Source of the DNA: Okamejei kenojei
Lineage: Eukaryota
Length of the DNA stretch: 64,000 nt
Direction: 5' to 3'
Assembly: GCA_035221665.1 (NCBI GenBank)
Contig: CM069135.1
Span: 29,202,001-29,266,000, forward strand
A program made the translations under genes and the position numbers. The notes beneath the pieces are model-generated. The model made no database searches. It was given only the letters and a program-made list of their open reading frames with translations, and was not told the origin of the DNA. Numbering within the stretch: the first letter of the stretch is position 1; each line of letters starts with the position of its first letter. This document shows positions 12,373 through 25,353 of this stretch, piece by piece.

Positions 12373-13224
12373 TGGCCTAAGACTCAAGATATAAATTCAT
12401 TCAATGTCTTTTAAAAAATGGATTGGAGAGTAGTTTGTGTTCAAAGTTGTTGTGGGCAGCTAACAGGAGTCAAACAGTAATGCAGGTGGAGTCAGATAGG
12501 CTATTGTATGTAAGACAAGGAGATCTGACAGCGGGGGTGATTCCTTGCATTTTATTGTAAAAAGGATTGGAAAGGCTCAGCCAATTCTATTGATCTCATT
12601 GAAGCATGCAGCATTTTTGCTGGGCTTGAATGAAACACAGTGCTGGAGTAATTACGCAGGTGAGGCAACATCTGTGGAGGGAATGAATAGATGATGTTTC
12701 AGGTTGGAACCCTTCTTCAAACTCACCTTACTTGCCTGAAGAAAGGTCCTGATCCAAAAGATTACCTATGCACTTCCTCCATTGATGCTGCCTGACCTGC
12801 CGAGCTCCCCCAGCACTTTGTATTTTACTCAAGATTCCAGCATTTGCAGTTCCTTGTATCTCCTTTCTAATTGTCTTTAACAACTGAGATCCGGGCAGAA
12901 TGGTTTCCCTTGTTCGGGCGTTTAGTGCCAGCGTTAACTGTCTGGAAATAAGAGGTTGGCCATTGCAAATGGAAATGAGAAAATATTTCTTCACTCAGGT
13001 GGTACAGAATCTTAGGAATTCTCTGTCCAAGAGAGCTGTGGCATTCAGTCATTGAGTATTTTCAAGATAGAGACAGAAGATGTTTAGAAGTGGAGGGAAG
13101 TGAGGATGGTTTTGTACAGGAAAGTGGTGCTGAGGTGCATTGGCCACCATTATTGAATGGTGGAAAGGGCTCAGAGGGTTATTTTTCTGGTGTTCTTACA
13201 CGGAATAAGAATGAAATATCCTCA

Positions 13225-13975
13225 GAGAGCATGGAAACAGGCCTTTTGGCACAACTCGTCCATGCCGATCAAGATGCCCATCTCAGCTTGTCCCATTTGC
13301 CCGCATTTGGACCATATCCCTCTAAACCTGTCCTATCCATGTTCTTGTCCGAGTCTCTTTTAAATGCTGTTTTGGTACCAGCCCCAACTACCTCCCCTGG
13401 CAACTTGTTTCATTCACCTACCACATTCTCAGTGACAAAATTGCCCTATTAAATCTTGCCACCCTCAACTTAAACCTATGTCCTCTAGTTCTTGATTCCC
13501 CTATTCTGGGTAAAAGACTGTGCATTTAATCAATCTATCCCATTCATGATCTCATGCACCTCTATAAGATCACCCCTCAGTCTCCTGTGCTCCAAGGAAT
13601 AATATCCTAGCCGGCCCAATCTCTCCCTATAGCTCAGTCCTCCAATTCCTGGCAGCATCCGTGTAAACCTTCTCGGCACTCTTTCCAGCTTAATTACATC
13701 CTTCCTATAGCAGGACGACCAAAACTAAACACAGTACTCCAAATGTGGCCTCAGCAACCACTTGCAACACAACTGTAACATAATGTCCCAACATACTGCA
13801 TGTATTCAGTACTCTGTCTGATGAAGGCTAATGTACTAAAAGCCTTCTTTACTACCCTGTCTACCTGTATTCCTAGATCCTTCTGCGCTAAACCATCCCA
13901 AGGCCTATACCATTCGCGGTGAAGGTCCTGCCATTGTTTGATTTCTCAAAATGCAATGCCTCACACTTATCTGAA
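13225..13975 (-). mobile_element. CR1-clade LINE 3' fragment
   Basis: Reverse-complement of CR1 RT C-terminus and 3' UTR. Confidence 0.8.
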
Positions 13976-14094
13976 GTTCCTCTTTTTCATTTTAGCAAAA
14001 CCATGCTAGCTTCCCAAAGGGTCAGTAAGAAAATAGGTTTCAACTATAGAGACCTGAGCCTCCTGTTATTATGTTAAATGGCAGCAGTACTGAG

Positions 14095-14900
14095 ACGTTT
14101 TAGTTCAGTTTCATTTCGTTTATTATTGTCACATGTACTGAGGTGCAGTGAATAGTTTTTGTTTGCGTGCAATCCAGTCAAAGAAAAGACTATACATGAA
14201 TACAATCAAGCAGTCCATAAAATGTACAACATTTAGTGCAAGATAATTCAAGGATCTCCAATGAGGTATATGGGAGGTCAGTAGAGCTAATAGGACTCGA
14301 TGTTTCAGTCCCTGTAATAACACAGCATTCTTGCTATTTGCTGTGGGATTGGAGTGGTGAAAGGTAGGGTGGGTACGTCATCGGGGTCATCAGGTGGGCA
14401 CCCTCCTTCTTTGACGTTTCATTGATAATCCCACAACCTCTCCAGAGGGCTCAACAGTGATACCTGACATCCCAGGTACACCCCCTCAATTCCATACCCT
14501 CCTGTCTTCATCTTGCAGCCCAATTGTTGTCTCTCCTTTTGATCCAAATCCAATTGCTGCTTTTTTTCTGCAGAATTTGATAATGATTTGATTGCTTGTT
14601 GGAGGGAGCGACCCCTCACCCCCATTTTCTTTAATAGCCTAGTCATAGATGTAGCAACAAATCCCCTGCATCCCACTTCGACAGGGAAAATCTTGGTCTT
14701 CCAGTCATTCTGGGAAGCTCCAGTTGCCAGTTCAGAGTACTTGGTCTTTTACCTCTCATTAGCTCAAGCTGATGAGAGGACAGTTCAGTTGCCTGATAAC
14801 AGCGGGGAAGAAGCTGGTCCTGAATCTGGAGGTCCGTGTTTTCAAACTTCTGTACCATTTGCCGGATGAAAGCAGACGGAGATGGAGTGACAGGGGTGAG
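14095..14900 (-). mobile_element. Rex1/Babar-like LINE 3' fragment interrupted by a HERO-like fragment
   Basis: Minus SSGKWYRSLKTRTSRFRTSFFPAVIRQLN at ~14770-14865; 3' tail at 14095-14290 also present at ~6215-6365 and ~17640-17830. Confidence 0.7.
14372..14770 (-). mobile_element. HERO/NeSL-like LINE 3' fragment (restriction-like endonuclease)
   Basis: Minus strand, frameshifted: WKTKIFPVEVGCRGFVATSMTRLLKKMGVRGRSLQQAIKSLSNSAEK. Confidence 0.75.
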
Positions 14901-15819
14901 TCTACCATGTCTCCTAGGTGTTCAAGAAAAATATTTCTACTGGTGTGTCTGGGAAGTGTCATTGTGGGGGACACTACGTGGAAGTATCACAAGGCTTGGC
15001 TGCAATCTTCTCCACTGCTACATAGCCTGCTGCCACCGTATCACAACTTACGTATAATGATTCATGAAGTTCCAAACCGTGAATCTACACCTTGAATTGA
15101 ACAGGAATGGAACAAAAAGCTGAGAAAAATGAAAAGAAAAGCCGTGGGCCCCTCTTTCCAATTAGGGAGTCCCGTTTCTAACCATCGAGGGTTGCATCGT
15201 GGAAGAACAATCTGCAAATGCTGAGATACTTAAATATTAAAAATGGGTGTTGTCTTTAAAAATATTGATAAAATGCCCATATTGTTCAGATCTTAACTGC
15301 CAATGTGTACAAACCGTATCAACCAATGGTCAGTTCACAATTGTGGTGGTTCGTGAACAAAATATTAACTTGTGTATAACAGCAAACATTATCAAACGAG
15401 AGAGCTACCTTACTAATGCAATAAGCCAACATCAAATGAAAAGTGAAGCTATCAGTTCACAATTAATGTTGCTTTTTTCATCTCATCTTATTCTTCCAAC
15501 TCAGTTTTCCAGCTTCATGCTCACATCCACTCTGAAAGGTTTTGTTTCTTTTCATCTTATTTTTAGTATTTATTTCCCCTGGTTCATGTTCAAGTTAAAA
15601 TAAAAAGCAGCTGCCAATCAGCCAAGTAACATTTAAAATAGCGCAACAAGTTTCCATTGAGGAAAGCTCGTTATTATGACCTTGCAGTCAGACCCAATGA
15701 GAATAAGTGTTGCTTTCTACTGGGAAGCTTATGCTCTGCCATGTGTGTACAGCGTGTCAGTAAGATTCTGCAGTGGGCTTATAAAGCAACTGTAAATGTC
15801 CGTGGGACATGTGGATAGA

Positions 15820-16230
15820 GAAAAAAATAGGTGCAGAAATAGGCCGTTTGGCCCTTCAAGCCAGCACCGCCATTCAATACGATCATGGTTGATCATCCAA
15901 AATCAGTACCCCATTCCGGCTTTTTCCCCATATCCCTTGATTCCTTTAGCCCTAAGAGCTTAATCTACCTCTCTTTTGAAAACATCGTAAATTGGCCTCC
16001 ACTGCCTTCTACGGCAGAGAATTCCACAGATGCACAACTCTGGGTGAAGAAGAATTTCCTCATCTCGGTCCTAAATGGTCTACCCCTTATTCTTAAACTG
16101 TGACCCCTGGTTCTGGACTCCCCAAGGAGTTTTTCCTGCATTTAGCCTGTCCAATCCTTTAAGAATTGTATATGTTTATGAGATATCCTCTCATCCTTCT
16201 AAATTTCAGTGAATACAAGACCCATTCTTA
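15820..16230 (-). mobile_element. CR1 3' fragment
   Basis: Reverse-complement of CR1 3' ORF end and UTR (GCCAGCACCGCCATTCAAT). Confidence 0.8.
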
Positions 16231-17049
16231 AATCTAGGATCATCGTTCAGTGCCATAGCTGTTCTTGGTTATACTAGAACTTATTACAGCTGCAGTCACA
16301 CCCATCTTGGCTTGGCAGCAAGTTTGGGAAGTTAAACTCCATGCAATTTCTAGTTAAATGGATAGATTAAAGTCAGCATAGCAACAGCAGGTCTCCAAAA
16401 TGCTCGCCACAGCCCATTAAAAGTACAGAGACAAACTGCTTTAACATTTTTAATAAAATGAAACTGATGCGTCTGTAAGCTCACTTAACGTTGAACAGAT
16501 CAGGGTCAGTTTACAGGACTGATACCTGGATTTGGGCCGATTGCCTTTGGAGGAAAGATTGGACAGGCTAGGATTGTATTCACTAGAGTTTAGAAGAGTG
16601 AGCAGAGACGGGATTGAAATATATAAGATCCACAGGGTGAATATGGAGAGGATGCTTCCTCTTGAGGGAAAATAGCGATCAAGAGTTGACAGATTAAAAA
16701 TAAGGTACCAGCCATTTAAGACAGCGATGAGGTTGTGGGTTCTTTAAAAACTCCTCCAAGGACAGAGGAAGCAACATCTTTGAATAATTTAAGAAGAGGA
16801 AGATATATTATTGATAGGCAAGGTCTGGAGATAAGCAAGGAATGAGTTTACCAATTGAGCTTACATTGAGATAAGCCATGAACATATTGACGAGCAGCCA
16901 GCATTAGGAATCAAGTAGTCAGCTCATGCTCATGTATCTTGCAGGTGAGATTGTGCATTCAGAGGTTCCAGCATTTGTTATGCCACTGACGTCAGGAAAA
17001 TTGGTGGATTCTTCTTTGCTATTTTTGGAAATAATGGGATCACATTTAG

Positions 17050-17330
17050 GGCGGCATAGTGGTGCAGCAGGAGAGTTGCTGCTTTACAGTGCCAGAGACC
17101 CGGGTTCGATCCGGACTACGGGTGCTGTCTGTACGGAGTTTGCTCTTTCTCCCTGTGACCACATTGTTTTTCTCTGGGTGCTCCGGTTTCCTCCCACACT
17201 CCAAAGACATGCAGGTTTGTAGGTTAATTGGCTTCTGTAAGTCATCCCGAGTGTGTAGGATGGAACCACTGTGAACAGGCGATCACTGGTCGGCAGGGAC
17301 CAGTTTCCATACTGTATCTCTAAACTAAAC
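17050..17330 (+). mobile_element. tRNA-derived V-SINE (HE1-like), near full length
   Basis: GGGCGGCATAGTGGTGCAGC A-box-like, GGTTCGATCC B box, V-core, (CTAAA)n tail. Confidence 0.85.
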
Positions 17331-18553
17331 CACACAAAAAAATTGCTGCCTTCTACTGTGGGTACCATTCTAGAACCTATGGGATTTTAGACAACACCTA
17401 TTTTATCCATGTTCATGTCCTTCAAAACCTGCAATATTGGCCATCAGGTCCTGGGGATTTATCATCTTTCAGCCTTATCACTTTCTCCAAGACTTTTTTT
17501 TTTTTGTTTATGTTCATTTCTCTGAACTTATTCATTCCATATCTATATTACGCACTTTTGGGGGGATTTTCTGTGTCTCGCATGAAGACAATCACAAAAT
17601 ATTGTTTTACTCTTGTTTTACATTTTTCACAAATTTTATAGTTTAGTTTTGTTTATTGTCACGTGAACCAAGGTACAGTGAAAAGCTTTTGTTGCCTGCT
17701 AACCAGTCAGCGGAAAGACAATACATGATTACAATCGAGCCATCCACAATGTGCAGATACAGGATAAAGGGAATAATGTTTAGGGCAAGATAAAGTCCAG
17801 TAAAGTCCGATTAAAGATAGCCCGAGGGTCGGTTATGAACCGGCACTGATGTTTTCCAACAATCAACTTGAACCTCAAACAATTCAACTCTTTCACATAT
17901 TTTCCATAACTCAAATTATTTTTTTTAAATTTTTTTTTAAAAATTTATTTATTATAGAAACAAAATAATAACAGAGTACATTATTTTACTATAGTAAAAA
18001 ATACATAATATTAATGATCAATTCATACTATTAATATTATTTGTATTGTTCTTAATTATAAATTTCAAGGTTATATATTTTATATAACTAAAAATACATG
18101 ATACTAATAATACATTTATAATATTAGCAATATACTCATACTGTTAATACTATTTATTTTGTCTCTAATTTTAAGTATAATGCTAAATATTATGTGATTA
18201 ATAATATGAAATACTAGTAAAACTTTTATAATATTCATTATATTTTCGTAAAGTTAACAATATTTGTGTTATTGTATAATTGAAAATACACAATTTTATA
18301 TAATTAAAAATATAAGATACTAATAATATTCTCATGAAATTAATAATATTTGTATTCGTACCGGTATTAAGAGATTAATATCATTTGTTTCTATACTATT
18401 TTCTAGTTTTTTATATAGATAAAAGAAAATAGAAAATAGAATAAAGAATAAGAAAGGTTTGATGGTGAATAGAATATTCGTCATTAATTCGCCCTTAAAG
18501 ATATATTCATGATTTATTATATATATTTCTTCATCCATTCAAATATCCAGGCC

Positions 18554-21500
18554 TCAGTCAAGTCCTCGCGCCGAACCGTTATGACCCTGTAAATATTTAA
18601 TATACGGAGACCAAATCCTTCTGAAGAGGTCTAACCCATCTATAAGGATAAGCCTCAATCTCTCCAAATGGAGTGTCTCCGACATTTCTATATTCCACAT
18701 TTTGATTGTTGGGAATGCAGGGCCTTTCCAAAATTTAATATTAATTTTTTCCCAATTATTAGACAGTAGTCAATAAAAATTCTTTGATTCATTGTTATTA
18801 ATTGGTCAGTTTAAAATATTCCAAGTATAATTAACTTTGGGTCAGGAGTCATACTTATATTGACAACATTCGAAATTATCTTAAATATTTCATTCCAGTA
18901 TTCTACAATTTTTATACAGTTAGTAAATTAATGTGACAAATTTTCATCTGAAATTTGACATTTATCACATGTAGGAGATATCTTTGGGAAAATATAATGT
19001 AATTTAGATTTAGAATAATGTAATCTATGTAGTATTTTAAACTGTATAAGGGAATGTTTAGCATTTAACGAACAGTGATGTATATGTTGTAGACTTTCAT
19101 CCCATATTTCTGGTCTTATTATTTGACCTAATTCCTTTTCCCAAGACTCTCTATATGTTTCTGTTGATGGGGTATAATTTTCCAATAAAATATTATATAT
19201 ATATGATATCATTTTTTCCGTATTTGGATGTTTATTCAAGCATTCATCTAAAATTTCTGTCTTTCTATTTCTAAATTCTTGTATATTTGCAGAAGCATAA
19301 TTTCTAATTTGTAAATATCTAAAATATTCTTTATTGTGTAGCCCATAAATTTGTTGTAACTCTTGAAATGAAAGAAAAATATTTTCCTTATAAAGATCAC
19401 CCATCTTAGAAATTCCTTTATTTTTCCATTGTAAAAAAGCCTTATCCAACATTGAAGGTTTAAACACAAAAATTATTGGCAATTGTAAGACCTAATGGTA
19501 TAGATTTTAGTTTTAATGCTTTCTTTATTTGTTTCCAGATGCGGATTCCATTTTCTATTATCGGATTTTCATTATAAACTTTCTTAGCTACATTAGTGTT
19601 AGCAAATATTATAGAGCTAATTTCAAATGGAGAACAATCTTCTTTTTCCATATTTAACCAATTTGGTTTATTATCTAATTCTTCTATCCAAAAATTCATA
19701 TTTTAATATTAACTGCCCAGTAATAGAACATAAGATTTGGTAATGCTAATCCTCCGTTTATTTTAGATTTACATAAGTGTTTTTTATTTATTCTATGGCT
19801 CTTATAATCCCAGATAAAGTTAGTAATTATGGAGTCTACTTTTTAAAAAAAATTTAGGAAGATATATCGGAATTAATTGAAATAAATATAATAATTGTGG
19901 GAGAAAAATCATTTTTATTGCATTAATTTTACCTATCATTGAAATAGGTAAACTTTTCCAGTATAAAATATTCTTATTTAATTTATGCAATAATGGAGGG
20001 AAATTAAATTTAAATAAAGAGTCAAATCTTTTTGTAACAAAAATTCCAAGATATTTAATATTTTCATTTGTTATCTTAAAAGGAAATTGTTGTAATATAT
20101 GTAAATTCTTCACCGTTATTGGCATAAGTTCACTTTTATTCCAATTAATACTATATCCTGAAACATAGTAGATCCCAAATGCACCGCCATTCCGTATCCG
20201 TACCTGCCTTCTCTCCATACCCTCTGATCCCCTTAGCCACAAGGGCCACATTCTTAAATATAGCCAATGAAAACTTTCTCTGTGGAAGAAAGTCTTTCTC
20301 ATCTCGGAAATGATCCAAATTTTATTAGTTCAAATTTCGGATACTTATTTCTGGCTCAGTAATATAAAGTAATACATCATCCGCATATAAGGAGATTTTA
20401 TTCTTAGTATCTGTAGTATCATATCCATATATTTCCGGGTGTAATCTCACCCTCTGGGCAAGAGGTTCTATTGCGAATGCAAACAATAAAGGTGATAGAG
20501 GACAACCTTGTCTACAACCTCGAGATAAATTAAATTTAGTTGATAACATTCGATTTGTTGTTATTCTAGCTGTTGGGTTTGCATATAGTAATTTAATCCA
20601 AGTAATAAACTCCTCCCCCAGTTTAAAAGCTTCCATCACCGAAAATAAATAAGGCCATTCTACTTGTCAAAAGCTTTTTCTGCATCAAGCGAAATGACTA
20701 CTAAATCTTTTTTATCACCTCTTTTCGAATATATAATATCGAACAACCGTCTTAGGTTGTATGAAGAGTATCTTTTTGGTATAAATCCTGTTTGGTCGGG
20801 ATGGATTAGTTCGTTAACGACTGAACTCAATCTTTTTGCTAATATTTTTGATAATATCTTTTGATCTGTATTTAATAGAGCTATTGCTCTATATGATCCT
20901 GGTTCATCCAAATCTTTATTTATTTTAGGTATAAGTGTTATAATAGATTCATTCAACGTATCTGGTAATTTCTGTTGTGCATGTATCTGTTCATATAATG
21001 ATTTCAGGTATAGAACCATATAATCATGAAATATTTTTATAAAATTCCGAACCTATACCATCGGGTCCCGGTGTTTTACCGTTTTTTAATGATCTAATAG
21101 ATTCTTCAATTTCATTTATTGAAATATCAGCCTTTAATAATTCTCTGTTTTGTAAATCCAGTCCTTTCAGGTTACATTTTTTTAAGAATGCATCTATTTC
21201 TATTTTATTTACTGTTGCTTTAGCAGTGTATAAATTTTTATAATATTGCTTAAATCTTTCATTAATATCTTTAGGTTGTATTAATAATTCACCGTTTTGT
21301 GATTTAATCCTATGTATGATTTTTTTCCGCTTCAATTTTCCTTAGTTGTCGAGCCAATAATTTTTGGGGTTTGTCCCCAAATTCAAACTGTAATTATTTA
21401 GTATGTTGATAAAATTTTATCACTTGATCTGTATATATTTTGTTTAATTTATATTTCAATGTTACAATTTTATTATGTAATATTATATCTGGTTTTGTTG

Positions 21501-22507
21501 CATTCTGTATATCTAATTGTTTAATCTCCTTTTCTAAATCTTGTTGTTCTTTCCGAATCTTTTTGTTATGGAATGCTTGTGAAGAGATCATGATTCCCCG
21601 GAGAAATGCTTTAAATGTTTCCCATAATAAAGAACGGGATATCTCTGGTTGATCATTTATTTCAAAAAAAAATCTTAATTTGAGTTGTGATATATTCCTG
21701 GGTGGCTTTATTTTTTAAAATTTGTGGGTTAAGTTTCCACTGTCCTGAGTTTTCTATTTTACCATTGATTTTAATTTTAAATGTTAATGGCGCATGATCT
21801 GAGATTATAATATTATCATATTTAGATTCATAAGTAAGTGAAATAAGTTTTGCATCCACCAAAAAATAATCTATTCTTGAATAAGTTTTATGTACTGGAG
21901 AGTAAAAAGAATATTCTCGTCCCGTAGGGTTTTCTGTTCTCCAAACATCTTTAATATTGGTCGTTTGCATGTATGCATTTAATAAATCACTAGAATGTGA
22001 TTTAATTTTCCTTTGTTTTATAGATCTGTCTAAATAGGGATCCAATGTACAGTTAAAATCTCCTCCAATTATCAAATTATATTGTGTTAATTCCGGGATA
22101 TTGTTAAATACTTTCTTAAAAAACAATGGGCTATCAAAATTTGGTCCATATATATTAACAAAAATCATTTTTTCTGTATTTAATTCTCCTATCACAATAA
22201 TGTATCTGCCATCTTTATCAGCTATGGTTGATGTATGTTTAAATAAAATGCCTTTACGAAATAATATTGCTACGCCTCTTGATTTATGTGTAAAAGAAGA
22301 ATAATATATTTTATCTATCCATTTAGCTTTCAACCTGTTTTCCGCATCTTTTTTTAAGTGGGTTTCTTGAATATAAATTACGTCAGCTTTAATTGCCTTT
22401 AAATGTGCCAATACTTTTCCTCTCTTTATCGGTTCATTAATACCTTTAACATTCCAACTGCAAAACGTTAATCCCTCATTCCCCATATTTCTTTTTAAGT
22501 CTTGCAT
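18554..22507 (-). pseudogene. L1 ORF2 (APE endonuclease, RT, C-terminal Cys-rich domain), frameshifted
   Basis: SWNVKG, IQETHL, GGDFN, SRIDY, SDHAP (APE); KTPGPDG, SLDAEKAFD, RQGCPLSP, LYADD (RT); CDKC...H knuckle. Confidence 0.93.
20164..20306 (-). mobile_element. Internally deleted CR1 3'-tail fragment inserted in L1 ORF2
   Basis: GC-richer island matching the CR1 tail (CCTGCCTTCTCTCCATACCC..CCCCTTAGCCACAAG) splitting the FGS-FSGY motif; GAAA on both sides. Confidence 0.7.
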
Positions 22508-23871
22508 TTTTAAATTTGTAGAGATCTAATAGAGTCTAAGGATCAGCGCGATAGACCCAACCTTACACCTGAACCTTGAATAGATGAATTTTAAATCACT
22601 TTTTTGTCCCTCACGAATATATCTCCATTGGTACAATATATTACTCCATTCAAACCGAGAAATACAATAGATATGAAAGATAAATAAAGGATAGATTAAA
22701 GTGTTATGTGTAAAGGAGGAAAGAACTACATCTGGAATAGATGTAGTTTGTGTTAGCCATATTAACATGACTATCCATGTAATGACTTCCGTCATTGATG
22801 TTGTTAACTAGGCCAGCTCCTAGATTTGGGGAATTATTATTCCATAGCAATATTTTAACGGGGGTATAATATTAAGGGAAAAAGAAAAGGGGGTGGTAAT
22901 AGAAAAAGGAAGGGGAAAAGGATAGGATTAATCCTATAAAAGTATCTATATCTAAAGATGACTTAAAAATCTAAGTAATATTAAACATATCAAATATAAA
23001 AGGCTATATAAAAAAGAAAAATAACATACAATTAAGTCAATTCAAAAAAGGAAAATCAGTTGTTAATTATTAGTAATAGTGATTAGTAATAGTGAAACAA
23101 TCTTAATTAATAAAAAGAAAGGGAACAATAATCCTAATAATAAAACCGCGTTGTGATCTTAAAGTATATGTTATTTATTTATGTTAGTTATATGTTAGGA
23201 CTAATTATCAATTATCAATATCCAGATAACAATTTCGGATCTCATTTTATTCCTCTCCATTCCGTTCGACATTGTCCATTCCATCAAGTCCAATATTATC
23301 TTGTAGAATCTCACTGGGTGTTAAGAGTCCATGTTGGATATCTAAAAGTAGTAAGAGTAGTAAAAGTCAATATATTTGCTTGTAGATACTCTTCAGGTCT
23401 TGAATAACTCAAATTATTTTATCTTCCAAGTATTTATGCAATTTCCAATCTGAAAATTGAATTTGTATCCACCACCTAATCAGGCAGTACTTTGTAAATG
23501 TGTTTTGTATATACAAAAACAAACCACTGATGAGGTCTCTCTTCTTTTGGCCTTAATTTGATGTTCACTGATCATCATCCCCTCGTTCCTTGGATATGTT
23601 AAGCAAAGAGAAGCAATCTAAACCATGATTTTAAAACCTCTTTGCCTTTACTTCAGACATATCCACTACAGCTTCCCCAGACTATCCACATAACTGTGGT
23701 TCCTCATCCCTGCATCCATTCCAGTAACTTTATGAGATGTCCTCATCAAAACCTTAACATCCTTGCTCAAGTATGGCTCTCAGACAGTGCATAATATTCC
23801 TCATTCAGTTCCGCAGGAGTCAGCACCTCAGTTTATAATGTCCAGATCACACTTGTTCCCTTTAACCTTCT

Positions 23872-24351
23872 ATGTAGAAGATACACACAAAGTGCTGGAG
23901 TTACTCAGCGGGTGAGGCAGCATTTCTGGAGAAGAGGGATGGGTGATGTTCCAAGTCAGAACTATTCTTCAGACTGAAGGTAGATGGTGGGGAAGGGGAA
24001 AACTGGAAGTAGATCTGGCAATATATGAACCAAGGAAGGGTGGAGCCCATAATGACACATTGTTGGCTGGCGAAGAGGTGATAACAAAGGGATGCGATCA
24101 ATGGAACTAGTAGGATGGATATGATGGGGGGGGGAGGGGGGGGGGGGGGAAGAGAGGGAATACAAGGGTTACTTGAAATTAGAGAAATCAACGTTCATAT
24201 TGTTGGATTGTAAGCTGCCCAAGCGAAATATGAGATGCTATTCCTCCAATTTGCTTATGGCCTCACTCCGAAAGTGGAGGAGGCCCAGGACAGAAAGGTC
24301 AGTATGGGAATGGGAAGGGGAATTAAAACGTTTGGCAACCGGGAGATCAGT
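23872..24351 (-). mobile_element. Penelope-like element 3' end (GIY-YIG endonuclease C-terminus plus pseudo-LTR)
   Basis: Minus translation DLPVAKRFNSPSHSHTDLSVLGLLHFRSEAISKLEE*HLIFRLGSLQSNNMNVDFSNFK* followed by the repeat arm with a decayed CTGAAGA core. Confidence 0.8.
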
Positions 24352-25353
24352 TTTATTAACTACTATTTTATTTGATGGAAGATATTAACCTTCTATGTGT
24401 TTGGGGCGGGGAATGCTGAGAGTTACATTTCTTGATAATTGTAACTGGATTATGTTGAAGTAGACTTTCACTTTTCCAGCAGCTGTGTAACAAGCCTTTT
24501 CTATATATTTGTGTCTATTAGAAAGGCATAGATTGGAGTTAGAAGAAACGGGATTAAGTTTATTATTGCGATTTATACGTTAGGAAGCATTTTGTTTTGC
24601 TGGACCATTATTTCAGATTCAATGCTTGTGGCCAGAGCCATCAAGGTTCCGGTGACCACTGGGCATGTCTTGTCAATTGTCACAGCCACCCTCTGGTCCA
24701 CAAGCTTGGCTCCAACACCTCTCCTACCTGCATACAGATGGATAGACTGAAGGCAAGCATCGAGGACTGCCGAAACCAAACTCAGAACAATAAATAAATG
24801 TATTACACAACTCACTTCCATCTGCATCCAATAGAGAAAAAAAAAAGAATAAACCTTGTTGGGTTTTGCCATCTGTTGCGTATGACTTAATCCACGCTCC
24901 CCCTCCCCCCCCCACACACACACACACACCTCCCAACTTTTAGAAAGTGGTTTGTCTGTAGTACAGAAGCAGGGCTTATGTTGAGACATTGAGTGAGTAG
25001 CTCGCCAGCATCTGTTCCCATGCCAAGAATGCCTAACACTGGGGTGCATAGGTTTATGGTGAAAGGGACACGGTTTAAAGGGGATCTGAGGGGTAAACAT
25101 TTCATACAAACAGGACTTAGTATCTAGAATGAGCTGCCTGTGGAGGTGCAGGATGCAAGAACAGGGACAACATTGAAGAGGTATCTGGACAGGTACTTGA
25201 ATGAGTAAGAAATATAGAGTCAAGTCAAGTCAGGTCAAGTAACTTTTATTTCTATAACACATTTAAAAAACAACTCTCATTGGCCATAGTGCTTTATATT
25301 GGTGGAGGTACTAACGTTATACACCATTGGTTCATAGATTAAGTCCATACATA

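Larger units (their letters stand above)
17923..23403 (-). mobile_element. L1-clade LINE, 5'-truncated in the ORF1 end, with complete ORF2 region and poly(A)
   Basis: 17-bp TSD ATAACTCAAATTATTTT at 17906-17922 and 23404-23420; T-rich tail at ~17920-17950; ORF2 domains below. Confidence 0.95.

Noticed and set aside
17050-17125. tRNA genes at SINE heads
   Set aside because: A/B boxes are present but run into the V-SINE core; no complete cloverleaf.
24573-25223. 216-aa minus-strand ORF
   Set aside because: Spans an antisense CR1 tail and a microsatellite; no domain recognised. Only the last ~50 codons could be an exon and nothing supports it.
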